Source of the DNA: Paramecium tetraurelia
Taxonomy: Eukaryota
Assembly (NCBI GenBank): GCA_000165425.1
Contig: CT868671.1
Coordinates: forward strand, 315,027 to 379,026
Length of the DNA stretch: 64,000 nt
Direction: 5' to 3'
Position 1 is the first letter of the stretch. Every line of letters starts with the position of its first letter. The position numbers and the translations under genes are program-made. The notes beneath the pieces are model-generated. The model was not told the origin of the DNA. It worked only from the letters and a program-made list of their open reading frames with translations, and ran no database searches. This document shows, one piece after another, positions 44,195-57,825 of the stretch.

Positions 44195-45340
44195 ATGACA
44201 GTAGCGATAGAAATCAACTCACTTGATATCAAACTAATTTAGACTTTATTTGAGAAGGAAACAATAATATGAATGGATAATTTCTTAAGCATGAAGATTA
44301 GAGATGAAATTGGAAATAAAGAATTTTCATAATCGCTTTGAAGGGGAATTTTATTTAGTTTTGTTTCAAGAGTTCTATTGGTTCTAGATACAGATAAACA
44401 TCATAAACATCTCTATCAATCTTATTAGAAATAAGTGGAGAAAGAAAAATATTATAATTCGACAATTATGAATTATAAGATATTAGAAGATATTGACTAA
44501 GAAATAATGTTGTGATTTACCTTGAGTATGATACTTTTGGTAAAGATGAGAAACCTTTCACAACAACACTTAAATATGTATTTAATGAATCTACTTCATT
44601 TGAGACAAATTTTAAGATGAGATTATTAAAAATTTTAGGACTCTGATATTAGGTAAGTATGGTATGTAAGAAAATAAATAGTCAAAAAGAGAATTACAAA
44701 TTTGAAATCTTGAAAAAAATTTTGGAAACAGACTTATTGAATTTTTTATTCTATAATTAATTCCCTTTATAATATGAAAAAAGAGAAAGTATCAATATTA
44801 CATTAAATGTATATCAAAGAATATTACCAAATAGTAATTGGCTAAAACTTAAAGAAAATTAGAGAAATCTTATCGTTAATTATTTATAGAGAATGAATAG
44901 GCAGTGTACTCAAAAGTTTTATAAAAGAATGAGGGTTTCTTTGAGTAAATGCTAATGATAAAATAATGATCGCAGAAAATTAAAGAAAAAATGGTCTAAA
45001 TTCCAAAAGAAAAACAATTTTTAATGAATATCAATTTTTGGTTAGAAAAGAATATTTATGCTGAATTAATCATGATAAATTAAATGATGGTGTCAATCAA
45101 CTTATGAATTCTCCTTATCAACAAGCTTAATTTGATCCAGTTACACTAATTTTACCAATATCATTCTAATTACGTTACTTTGAAAGCAATAAACAGAATA
45201 GGTTATTGGAATTAGAGAATATTGACTTATCTAATACCTTAGTGGTCAGTAAATAGGATGAAAGTAATCTTTAATTCTGCGAATGCAAAGAAGATATTCT
45301 ACCTAGTAGAATTTAAGATAAAATATATTAAAATTGATAA
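44195..45340 (+). pseudogene. Decayed gene remnant
   Basis: Coding-like segments from ATG 44195 interrupted by in-frame TGA at 44270, 44339 and 44513, with further stops and frameshifts and no rescuing introns seen. Confidence 0.5.
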
Positions 45341-45407
45341 TCAGAGATAATGAGGAGGTAGATTAGTAGTGATAATTGATTGAATCAATATTAATAAATA
45401 AATAATA

Positions 45408-45857
45408 TCATAATTCCCCAAATATTCTTGTTACTATTTTTTATTGAGGTCTACTCTTTAAAAATGATTTTTAGCCTTGCTTCTATTTATTGAAGCTCAT
45501 TTAACTAGACATTTTTTAAGGGCTTGATTCATTTGATTTATTTATGTTGGTATAAGGAAATCTTTCTGCTCTACTTGCATTTGGTGTATAGAATTAATCT
45601 TTGATGAAATTGCTTCTGAGCTTTTTGTGACTATCGGGAGATTCAGCCTCTGTGTATAATTACAATTTAGGGAGTTCTATTTAACTATTTGTTCTTTTTA
45701 TTTTGATGTTACTATTAGATCCTTTTTTATAAGGATCGATGCATATAATTTAGAGAGATTTTTGTTGTTGTTTCTAAGGAGAATAAGGAGCATTTGATTG
45801 AATTGGAAAGAAAAACTATGCGGTTTTATCAAAGTCTGTGGTTGAGCAAGTGTTCAT
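45408..45857 (-). CDS. Hypothetical protein (149 aa)
   Basis: Single exon MNTCSTTDFDKT...TRIFGEL-TGA. Confidence 0.7.
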
Positions 45858-45975
45858 AAATAATTATTTATTTCTTATTTATTATATATAAGCTAATTAT
45901 TGAACAAGATATAGAAGAGAAACATCTGTAATAAATTGATGGATTTATATTGTTAATATAATATTACTACTCCAT

Positions 45976-47433
45976 TCAATGGTATTTTGGAAGTTCATTA
46001 TCATAAATGAAACTATCGAACATTTCAAATCCATTTTGTCTTTGATCTTCAGGGACCATCTAATTTGAATAGATATGAATAACTTACATGTCCAGCTCCT
46101 CTTACGACGACGAACTTCAAGTAATTATATTTTGTGACCCAACCAGCCAAATCTAAATCAGTATTGCCCCATGGAGTCCATGAATCCAATTCTTAAATTC
46201 CTGGTATCACATTGATTGATTATTCAGTATCTACAACACTGACGATGGCATCCTGATCACCAGAGTAGATTAAAATTCTGACTCCTGCTTAGCTTAAAAG
46301 TGGAAGTAACTAGTAGCTTCCACTTTTACTGATATTGTAGGCTTGATTGATTTCCATATTGCAAGCAGACCAAAAGTAGGGTCTTTCTAAGATGTGCAAT
46401 GCTTCTTGGACTTAAGCATTATTGTAATATTCAGTGATGGGTCCGAAATCAGAACAAGGAGCACCACTATTTCCTACCTTCTAGAAGTTGTTTCCTTCAT
46501 ACCAGGAGACATATGGGTATCTGATCTACTTGCCTGAATTAGTTTTTGGTTTCAAAAAGTCAGGAGTTGTGTCATCTTTGCAATATCCATAAACATTATA
46601 AATATTAATGTTGGATCCTAAGCAGATTTCCTCAAATTGAGATTGTGCCAATAAACATTTAATTGAGTCTGGTTTCACACTGCATATTTTTCTAATTGTG
46701 TTTGTAGCTGTGGGAGGCATGAAATTTCTTCTAAGGAAATACTCTTGTAAGGCTGTAAATCTCTTCTATTAATCGGATACCAACAAACCATTTCCGATCA
46801 AGATACCCTCCAAAGGTATTTTTAAAGAGGCTGATTTATTTCCATCCACAATAGCTTTGGCTGTATATGGAATGTACATTCCTAGTGAGTATTGAATTTT
46901 TAAGTACCTGCATATGATTCTCCTGCAATGAAGAATCTATTTCTTTGGAATTATTTGAATGCTTAAAACCAAGCCAATATAGCTTAGTAATTGTCTTGAC
47001 CAGAATTCTCATCATTGTATACATATGAATCATCTTTATTCAATGAGAATCCTACTCCTGCAGGTGATTCCAAGAACAACAGGTTGGCTCTGGCATTCCA
47101 AGGATAAGGATTCTTCTTGAATTTCCTATCCTCATCAACCATCACAAATGGACCAATTTCTTCATTCAATCCCAATAATGAAGAACATCCTGGTCCACCA
47201 TTCAACCATAATACAACAGGATCAGTTGAGGGATTGCTTTGACTTTCAAGGAAAACATAGTGCAATTATCTACATCATTATTCATCATACCTTAATTCTG
47301 TTCCAACAGGCAAATATCCTGAGTAAGAATTAAAATTATAATCTCCCCATCCTGGAAATACGGCTTTATCAGTAAGAGGGTTGACAGCATAAACTGTTCC
47401 AATGACAAATCCTGCGATTAATAATGACATCAT
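45976..47433 (-). CDS. Serine carboxypeptidase (peptidase S10), secreted
   Basis: Signal peptide; [45 protein letters not shown] motifs. Confidence 0.96.
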
Positions 47434-47729
47434 TATTATTATTTTATTAAAATACTATCGATTCAAATATATCATTGTTTCATTACGATCATCATTCCGT
47501 AAGTAAACTTAATTTATCTTTTTGTTTACTCATTTTATCTTATTATTTCCTTATCACATTTTCCAGATTCCACTAAATTACTTTGTAATTATTTTGTTAT
47601 TCATTTTAAAATATAGAATAATTTAGAATTGAACATCAACCTTCCATTTAAACTCTCAAGGACCCCTCTGCATCAGAGTTTTTTGAATAATTAATTAAAT
47701 CTTAATAGTAATTAATTATTATTTGCCAA

Positions 47730-48185
47730 ATGAAGAGAAAAACATACAAGAGGGAATATGAGGTCGAATCCATTATAGATCGTAGATTTGATGAACAAGC
47801 CAAATCCTATCTATATTAGATTAAATGGAAGGGCTACCCACATTCTCAAAATACATGGGAACCAATTGAACATTTATAAAATCCCCATGTGAAAACAATG
47901 GTGAAGGAGTTTGATTCAGCACAAGAGATTGGTTCCTCCAAAAAATAAATTAATTTAGAACTCCTTAAACAATGTTTGCTAAGGAAACTCACAGAGTTTT
48001 TATTTAAAAATGCTCCTCAAGAAAATGATTTACAGGAAATTATTTTAAGTGATTTCGACATGTCATCTAATGAAAACAACTCTAATTATATAATGCCTAA
48101 TTTTAAAGAGGATACCAAATAGTCAAATAAGAAGACCCATCAATTGTTCTAAAACGCTATAAATTCTTTAAATTCCAATTCTTGA
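47730..48185 (+). CDS. Chromodomain protein (151 aa)
   Basis: EYEVESIIDRR...YQIKWKGYPHSQNTWEPIEHL; single exon. Confidence 0.93.
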
Positions 48186-48401
48186 GTACAATTTTAACTT
48201 TATCAATAAATATATAATATATTTTAATAAAGAGAAAATTATAAATTTTGTCTGCAATCAATCGCTATCCCTTTCTCGTTTTATTACACTCTATTAAGTA
48301 GGTTGATCTAATTATTCTAAGAATTGGTACTCACTATATTAAGATAATATTTGCAATAATTAATTTATTTCTGAATTAAGAAATAAAATATTTTATAATA
48401 T

Positions 48402-50387
48402 ATGCAAGGAAAATCTCAGAGAGAAGTTGCTAGCTCAGTGGATCTCAACTCATCCTACATTACTTAATCTCAAAATTAGGTTATATTTAATGGATTGACT
48501 TTAAAACCCAATTCTCCAAGAACAGTTTTAGCATGTCAGAAATTAGGAATAGACATGGGCATTTTCCAAATTAAGTAATAAGATGCCCCACTTATTGTTA
48601 TAGAGATCTCAACCATTTTCGTGCGAATGATAGTGGCAGTGATGAAATAGTTCAAATAAGATATGAGCATTACATTAATAAAACTCATTGTAAAATTCAA
48701 CAATTATTTTAGAACTATTGAATGAAATATTTTAGAAAAGAAAAGAAATCATACAAAAAAATAGATAACGCCAATTATAATGCGCCTCGATGGAGTCTCT
48801 CGAAAGATCGGTCTCTCTTAAATAAGGTTCTACTATCGATTAATTAGAGTATGTAATTCTAGTTTATATATTATTCTAGACTCAAAAAACAAATGGATTA
48901 TGCTTACAATAAGACTTTACAATACTTATAACATTAGGAATTAGTTGAGGGGTCCATTCCATAATCTCTAGGGGAATGCCAGGATGTTGCAGAATTAGAA
49001 GGAGGCCTTAATAAAGAATTGTCAAGATATAATAAACATAAGATATAGAAAATAGTAATTAAATTAATTATTTAAGAGAGAAGCTCAAATTAAATTAGAA
49101 GAAGACAAAAAGAGAGTTGAGTTACTAGAGAAAATTCAGGAAAGAGATTAAAGAATAGTTCAAATCATGATAAAAAAATAATAAGAAATGAAAGAGAAAT
49201 ATTGTACATCTAAGAAAGTTGAAAATAGAAGAATTGACACTCAGGAAATGGAAAGCAAATCTTAACCTAGAGACAATGAAGCACAAAAAAATCTATAGTA
49301 ATAATAATCGTAAAAAGTTAATCAAATATTAAGCACTTATGAAATCAGAAGTAAAATGATATTTAAAGGGGAGGATAAAAAAGAAAAGAAAAAAAGAGAA
49401 CAAGCTTTATAGAGAAAGGAAGAATTTGAAAAATAAATTGATATGGAATGTCAAATTCAAATGGCTAAGATATAATAAAAATTAGAGAACAGTGGAAAAT
49501 TATAAAAGGAATTAATTTAAAACAAAATAGAAAAAATAAAAGAGTAAAATCATAAGGAGCAACAAATCATGAAATAGCAAAAGTAACTTAAAGACAAGAT
49601 ATCACAAGATCAAATCAATCAGCTTTTAGAAAAAATGGTGCAAAAAGAAAAAGATTTTTAGATTAACTAAAAATCAATTTAGAATGTAGAATAAGAAAAA
49701 AAATTAGAAATTAAATCAAAATAAAGAAAGATTAAATCTAATTAAGGAGACATTTTTAAAGACAGAGAGTAAATATAAATTATAGTTTTTTTAGTGAAAA
49801 ATTAAAATAATTAAATGAAAAATTTTTGAAGGTCGAGTAATTTAATAGAATGAAAAAAGTAATTCAATTAATCAATTTAGGAAGAATAAGATAATAAAAT
49901 CTTATTAAAATAAGAATTAAGAAAACTTAAAGAATAGGATAAACAGGACATTTTAGAGAGGCAAAAGAGATAAAACGAATACAGAATGTTAGAAATCACA
50001 GAAAAATACAGATAAGTTGATGAAAAAAACTAATTAAAGCAATATTAAAATGTAACATATGGATTTATTAAATATAGACTCTCTTATAATAGACATCTAT
50101 GCACATCAGTAAATAAGAAATATTAGAAAGAAATAGAATATACTCTCATTTATAGTAAATGAGTGATAATCTCTTCAATAAAAAAGTTAGAAAAAGAAAG
50201 TAATCAATCAAAAAATTAAATTAGTTTAAGCCAATTAGAAAAAAATATTCTCACAATTAAACCTAAAGTTAATAATCAAAAAGAGGATACAGAGTTTGAA
50301 GATCATACAAGATTATTAATAACAATGCTTTAAACATCAGATCCAGAAGAAACATTAAAAAATAAACTAAGTAGAAGACATAATTGA
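48402..50387 (+). CDS. Coiled-coil protein
   Basis: MQGKSQRE..., NSPRTVLACQKLGID...RYEHY motif, then long E/K/Q heptads; many short introns. Confidence 0.75.
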
Positions 50388-50590
50388 TAAGTTTTTATTT
50401 TTCCTTATTTATATTTATATCCAATTAGTAATTGTTCATTTCATACTATTGGATTGATGGGTAATATCTAATTTATTATTATGTTTTTATTCATCCTTCT
50501 CAATAATAATATTTGATTGTTTCAATGAATATATATATATTCTTACAAAACTCAATTTTTTTAATATTTAAAAATAAAGAATACATTTAA

Positions 50591-51769
50591 TCATACATAA
50601 CATTTGTTAGTGGTTATATCAAAATAGCAGTTTAATATTGGGTCATAGATTATTTTTACAAAATTTTCTTATTCTTTCCTATTTTCTAATATTAATGTAG
50701 TTTTTCCTTATTTTGTGATTGTTGTACATCCTATTGGATTTTTTATTATAATTTCTGATTTCGAACTTTCTTAGTTTTCAATAGCATTAATTGCATTCAT
50801 GATATTAATTAAATCTCCTTCTTCATTTTATTCTTTATTTTTTTCAATTTCTTTTGCTTTTTATTAATTACTATCTTATTCTATAATTTTAATGAGTTCA
50901 TCTATGTTTTTTAAATCAATTTCATCATTCTCTAAATTCTTTTATTTTTTATCAATGTTTAAAGATAGATCTAAAAATTCATTTTCTTTATTTTATTTTG
51001 CTTTTTTCTGTGGTTTGCTTTTTACTTTTTATTCACATTCCTTTACTTTTGATTCACGCTCTGTTGAATTATTCTAGGGTAAGGGTTCTTGAATTTTTTA
51101 TGGATTTAATGTTAACTTCTATACTTTAGGAATATCATATTATATTTATTTAAGCTTAGCTTATTTAAGTGCATTAGCATTCAACTATTATTCTTGATTG
51201 CTATCTACAAATAGTTCCTATTCATTTTGAAATGAAATCAAGAAACTCTTGGGATTAGATTCAATTGGATATTGAAACTAGGATAACAATGATTCATTAA
51301 AGGTTTGCATTGTAAATATTCTTCGTATAGAGCAAGAACTCTAAACTAAGATTGATTCCAAACTTCTATAACTAGACCCTTTGAATTAGGATACAAATGA
51401 AGGCATTTGAATTAGGATGGTAACCCAATTATTATAGATTGACTATGATTACAAGGGATACGAGATAAAAAATGGTTTACATTCACTTTTTTTCAAAGAA
51501 TTCAAAATTATCCTTCTTCTTGTTGATTTTGTATCAACTACAAATAATTCAATATGTATAGAGTCTTTAAAGTATCCTTGAATTCCAATAATAGGATGAA
51601 CCAAAGATAACTCAGAATCCTTTCCATGCGGCAATTTAACTTATTTCGTCATTAGAAGGTATGCTGTAATGAATTTAATCTTTACTTTTTAAGAGTGAGT
51701 TATATTCATAAACAGAGGATTGAAGATCTACCAATTTAGAGTAATGTTTGAGTTTTTCTTTATTTCCAT
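50591..51769 (-). CDS. CFAP20DC: CFAP20-domain protein (C3orf67/CFAP20DC-like)
   Basis: N-terminal DUF667-like IELFVVDTKSTRRRIIL...SCSIRRIFTM; C-terminal IYDPILNCYFDITTNKCY matching the YDPxLNCYFD signature. Confidence 0.8.
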
Positions 51770-51852
51770 TTGAATTCTTAGCGTCTTTTGAATTATAGAC
51801 CTCAAAAATTGGGGATTGATAACAATTTAAAAACATAAATAATAATTAACTG

Positions 51853-52269
51853 TCATTCTTCTTTAATTTAAGAAAGAATATAATGTTTGTAGCCTAATTT
51901 ACGACTATATTCAATTGTTTTATGAATTGGAATGACTAAAAGAGCTGTACCCAATCCAATTCCTTTTTTATAAGCCATAGCTCTTAAGAATTTGATCCAT
52001 AATGTTGGTCTTTGCTTTGAAAATTCAACATTAGCATTGAGATATTCACTGACTATTCTTGCACTTAAAACCAGTGGTATTGATAACAAAATTTAATATT
52101 GAAGTTTGTTCCATTGTTTTTTATCATATTCATCTTATTGAAATTAGAATAGTAGCACTTTGCCCATCATTTTTTTAAAGTCTGATCTTTGATGATCTGT
52201 AAGGAATTGCAATCTTTCAGCAATATCTCTTTATGATAGATTATTTAATTATTCTCTTATCTCTCCCAT
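51853..52269 (-). CDS. Small hypothetical membrane protein
   Basis: 417-nt ORF MGEIREQL...GIGLGTALLVIP...KEE-TGA. Confidence 0.65.
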
Positions 52270-52348
52270 AATTAAATTTAATAATTATATTATGCATTTA
52301 CTTTCACAGAACTTAGATACTTACAAAAATTAAAAATTAAAATATATA

Positions 52349-53290
52349 TCATATTAAAATACTATCAAACTCTTCGTTTAGCAATTACTTATTTACAAAG
52401 TAACAAGGGAAAATGAGATCTCCATCAAAAATGATAGCTGCAAAATACCAAATATTATCATTTTTATATAATTTTTTTCGAAATTCAATTAATTAAATTT
52501 CCAAAAGCATCCAAAAATAAATGATAATGATGATCACAAACCTAATTATATAAGAAATTACCAAAGAGTTGCAGTTTCAAAATTATCAAACAATAAGACT
52601 GAATATACTCCTCCAAATTCTAGAATAATTATTATACTGATTCTAATTTTATTATTTACAATAATTACCTTAATAATTAATTTTTTATTAGAAAGCAGTT
52701 TTTGGTGTTTGATTTCCTATCAACTTGAAAAAAGATTATCATCAAAAGTAAATTAACGAATATTAATAATTAAATCAATTCAAATCTTATGAAATCAATT
52801 AGCACTACTAAATAGGCTATCCAAAATATTCTAGATAATGAGTTGATGATCTATAAAATTATAGTAATAACTATTTCATACAAACAATATAATATTTTTA
52901 GGAAATGATTATGTGATATCTTATTCGAATTATCCAACAACCAAAGTTATTACATAAATAACCAATAGTACTAATAAAACGATAATCGATATTTCTTCAT
53001 AAATAGTAAATAATTCTATGACCAAAAATATTCCTATAACTAATAAAGTAAAAAACTAGAGAGTTGCTAACATTATTAAAAATCTCATTTGATTTTCCTG
53101 AATTGTGAGAATTTCATCAGGCAGAGAAGGATTCTTAATACCTCCTTCAACTACTGCATTTGCACTTATCATTGCTTTTTTAACTGTGTATTCAGTGTTC
53201 TTGGCAATTTTATGGATTAAGGGATTATGAGATGGAGCATTTCCCTTCAAAACATATTAAAATTTACATCAATGAGGATATCTCTTTCAT
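52349..53290 (-). CDS. Bax-inhibitor-1/TMBIM-like multipass membrane protein
   Basis: Multiple TM segments, FPKNIILF and C-terminal LLEIQLI...NIWYFAAIIFDGDLIF pattern; short introns. Confidence 0.65.
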
Positions 53291-53399
53291 TCATAATTAT
53301 AATATAAAAAAATCATCATTCAAACAACTAAATTAGATAATTTGTGAAAACACTTGTGATAACTATTATAATTTTATTTCAAATTAATCCTTATTTTTA

Positions 53400-54206
53400 A
53401 TGGTACTATTAAACATAGTAAATTTCTGTAAAATAATTTTTATTAACCGAAGTATTCTATAAAATATACTTATTGAATTTTATAGTTTACAAAATGCTTT
53501 CTCTTAATTTACATAATTGTTCGTCATCAAAATAGATCATTAATAAATAAATTTTATGATACTTGTAGACGTTTCAATTCCTCTTACATATTGGATTGAT
53601 TAAAATTAGGTAAAATAATATTAAATTAAAATTAATGTTTCCTCTTAAGCAGATTTATATTTATATTTAATTTAGATCAATATATCTTTAAAATAATATT
53701 CAAATGCATGATGTTCATTATCACAAATCAAATATTTACTTATTCTAGAATTTCCTCTATTGTCTTTCTTATTTAAATTTTTAAGCAATTTTTAGATGAA
53801 ATAATCTCTTCAATAATACTGACAAAATTAATCTTATCATCATCAATTAATGCTCTCGAATTTCTAAAGAATCTGATTTGTCAACTTTTAAGAATGCGTA
53901 TCTATTTCAAGTGTATATTCCTTTAACTTTTTGTGCGATTATTTTTTAATTCTTCTTACAGGTCAATCATTTGATATTTTCGTAAGTAATTAGTTGAGCC
54001 TCCTCTCTTTTTCTTGCTCTACCAATTCTAGCTTTATAATTGCCTATTTAACTCCACAATTTGTTAATCCATTTCTAATAACTTATCTTTAAGTGCTTAA
54101 TCTAATTCTATTACTCTTATATCATATTTTCGTCATCTATTGAATCTGTTTGATTTTAAATAGAGTAGTTGCTAACTTCTCTATATCTATCATTTTCCTT
54201 TATCAT
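53400..54206 (-). pseudogene. Decayed coiled-coil gene remnant
   Basis: Heptad-like segments (ELDQALKDKLLEMDQQIVELNRQL; KLELVEQEKR) lie in different frames with TGA stops; boundaries approximate. Confidence 0.35.
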
Positions 54207-54226
54207 TTATTATATTAATTACCTAA

Positions 54227-54671
54227 ATGAATATTGAAAATTAATAATAGCACCAATTGTAAAAGAGAATAAAAGAAAGGTTTGTTTACGAGGCCAAATT
54301 TTTAGTCGATTAATGGAGGTATTTGGTTTATTAATGTACTAGATCTATTTTTGAACAAAGACACCTTTAAGATGGAAAAATGATCAAGTACACTCTCGAC
54401 CAAGCTGCTGATATTGTAGGAATCTCAAGAAAAACATTAGAAGATTATTATTATTGTCTGAAAAAAGCAGAGAAAATAAGTAAGCAATTTAACCTAGTGG
54501 GTAGTTGATATAAATTAATTTATGAATTGTAAAATGGGAGTAATCCGAAGAATTATAAAAGAACATAAGAAGTAAATTGATGAGTAAAATTTAATGGATA
54601 CAAATTAATTCTTCGCCTTAGATGAAGAAAATAAAGAGCCAAGAAAAAATAGTTTTGAATACGATGATTGA
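54227..54671 (+). CDS. Small ciliate HTH-like DNA-binding protein
   Basis: KRIKER...QWR, TLDQAADIVGISRKTLEDYY, KMGVIR; two introns. Confidence 0.75.
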
Positions 54672-55733
54672 GTAACAATGATAATATATATTTGTGTAAA
54701 CACTATACAGTATTATTAAATGAAAATAATTACGTATTAAAATACATATTATTTCAATCACAATATAACTGTTATTCATTAAATGGGTCACTTCAAATTG
54801 ATTATTGAGTAGTATTGAATTGAATTTAGTTGATCTCAATATTAAACGAATTCACTCTAAATTAGTGATAGATAGCTCAAACGTATATAACGGATTTTGT
54901 TTAGTTAGAAATTTCATTATGATATTTCGATAATTATCTATAAAATTATTTCATACAATGAAAATATATAAAATGGAGGAAAAAAGTTTTACACAAGTTT
55001 GATACTAACAAATTATATCAATATCTAAATTAATGATTTTCTAATTCAATAGAGTAGATCACTTATCTATTATTATCAAAATTATTAATAAATCATATAG
55101 CATAGTATAGTATTTCCATATTCTATTAAGTTTAGAATCTACTGAAATCTAGATAGCTTAAAGTTATAAAGTTAGATGAAGCGTTAATATTAAAATTTAA
55201 ATTATTGCTAAATGAATTAGCCATCTGTTAAACTTATACTTGATGCTTATTTTATATTTAATTATATAAAATTGATATTCTAATAATGGCACAAAAATAT
55301 TACAAATAATCTAATACAATGTTTATACACATATATATTTAATCCAATAATGTTAATAAAGCTTTATCTAAACAAAATAAAGTGATTTCACTCTATAACG
55401 TTATAAATATATCATCAGTATATTTTAAGTACAAATTATTTCCAACAATTTTTATAAATATCCATGTAATTATTTGAATAGAATCAATTAGATAGAATAG
55501 TTGATATGATATTAGCATTCACGAGTAATCACTCTATTGAAACAAATCTATATTTAGAACAGGTTTGGTATATCAATATTATTGAATTATCATTTTCATA
55601 TTCAGGACTAATAAAACTATCTAATTTGTTGATTTGAATGAAGGGGAGAGGGAAATAGAGATGAAAGAGATCATTTTGAATTTATTATATTCGTTAAAAT
55701 AGGGAAATAAATTATTTGGGGGTCATCAAAAAT

Positions 55734-55741
55734 CCGTTTTT
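55734..55741 (+). promoter_or_regulatory. Candidate promoter element CCGTTTTT (copy 3)
   Basis: Starts 63 bp upstream of the T2-like TMP ATG at 55797. Confidence 0.35.
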
Positions 55742-55796
55742 CAATAATTCCGTGTTATATAAGGAAGACAATTGCAAAATTTATTTCATTATTAAA

Positions 55797-56944
55797 ATGA
55801 AATCAATCGTCATTTTGGTTTTGGTTGCCACAGCCTTCGCCACAAACTTAGCTGCATTCGAAAAACTCGAAAAGAGCAAACTTGGAAAGACATTGTTGAA
55901 CACAATTGCCATCCAAATGCAAACAGGTGAACCACTTGAAAGAATCTTCTAAACCCTCTATGATTTGGAAGAAAGATACTAAAACGATTAAAGAGAAGAT
56001 GATGCTGAAAACAAGGCCTTCTAAGGTGTCTGTGACGCTGACCTTGCTGGACTCAACTAAGAACTCGCCAACCTCGAATAAAAGGATACAGAATTATAAG
56101 CTAGACTTGACGAACTCCAACCAGTCCATGACTAAAAGGTCGGATAAAGAGTTGCCAAATTAGCTGAAAAGGCCCTCCTCTAAAAGGTTATCGATGAAGC
56201 CACAGCCAAGAGATAAGAAGAAAACACAGACTTTGAAGCCTAAAGAGAAGAATTCACCTTCGTTTCAAGCGTCCTCGCTGAAGCAAGAAGACTCTTCACA
56301 GACAACTTATAAGCCCCAGCTTTCTTATAAAAGGGAGCTAGCGAAGCCGTCCACTTTACCCCATAAGTCTTTGCCTAAGTCGCTTCACACTTGAACGCTG
56401 CTGCTCACAAGGCTGGATAAATGAAACACATCAGAACTTCGGAAAAGCCATCAAACTTATGGCTTAATTGGCTGTCAAGGCTTAATAATATGCCAACTAA
56501 GAATTAACCGGAAGAATCATCCAATTGATCGACGACTTATAAAACTAATTATAATAAGCTTTCGATTTGGCCAGAAAGACTGAAGACGCAAAGAGATAAG
56601 CCTTTGAAGCCTACAACACCCTCTTAACCAGAGACATGAACAAGCTCAACTCCGCCATCGCCAACTTAGAAGCTGAAATCTAATCATTGGCTGACTAACT
56701 CGCTGCCACCCACAGCTCATAAGATGACAACACCGCCAGACATGAAGCCAAGACCTAATAAAGAGATGACAGAAGAGCTGAATGCTAATAAGCTGCTTAT
56801 GAATATTAATAAAGAAGATCCGCCAGAGATGCTGACAGACAAACTGTTTCTGACTTGATTGGTCACTTGAACACCAACATGAGAGACTTAAAGGAATACA
56901 TCGCCATGAGAGTTGCTGCTGGTGATACTGATTTGGGATAATGA
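55797..56944 (+). CDS. Trichocyst matrix protein, T2-like
   Basis: MKSIVILVLVATAFA signal; LGKTLLNTIAIQMQTGEPLERIFQTLYDLEERY...LAEARRLFTDNLQAPAFLQ; intronless with strong C-ending codon bias; one T missing near 56439. Confidence 0.92.
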
Positions 56945-57825
56945 GTATATAACAATATACCTATTTTTACATAACAGCTTTCCATTTTGTATCTTCTAAT
57001 TTTCAAATAAAATAATAAATTAAATTGAGCAAATAACTTTCTAGATTATGGGCGACATGTACACAATGTTCAAAAACAGTAACGCTTATTTTATTATTTC
57101 ATTCTATGGCCCAATATTCAAAATAGAATTCCCATTTTTAGTATAGATTTTCCACTCTCCTCAAGTTTTAAATTATAATATACCCTATTCATTTACATTT
57201 TCTCCAGCCAATTTTTATTCGCAATTATGCTTGTTGCTTATTAACACTCTCACTAATAATTAATACAGAAATTCTAAAATATGCAAAATAATGATTAATG
57301 TAAATTTGAATTCATATCTTTGACTAGTTTCTTAACTATATAGATGAAAATTAATAAAAAAAGCATTGTTCTAACTCATTATATGGCTGAAAAGTCAAAA
57401 TCAGCCTCGGTAGTAATTGCATATATTATAAAAATATGCTGTCAAAGAAAAGAAATTAGTTTTACTTAATGATAACTTTATAGAGAAATTGAAAATTGAT
57501 TAATCTAATTAATTAAATTGGATGAAACTAAATTTATCAAAGAAACAAACTAATGTTTGGTTTTTTATTATTTTATAAAATCATGTTAGATTAATTTTGT
57601 AGACTTTCTATTAGCTCCAAAATTATTGATTATTATCAAATTATAGAACTTAAAGATGTTTTTTATATCTATCAATCATTTTATAAATTCTAAGTGATTA
57701 AAAATACTATAATCCTAAAAATCTATAAGTTCAAATAAATATTTACTTTTATAATCATTTGATGTAAAATATATAATTAATTACAAAAATAATAATAAAT
57801 TACTTTTTGAATATATGTCATTATT

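Noticed and set aside
57030..57320. Short ORF-like segments on both strands downstream of the T2-like gene
   Set aside because: Minus frame is broken by TGA and the plus frame has no recognisable features; at most a gene remnant.
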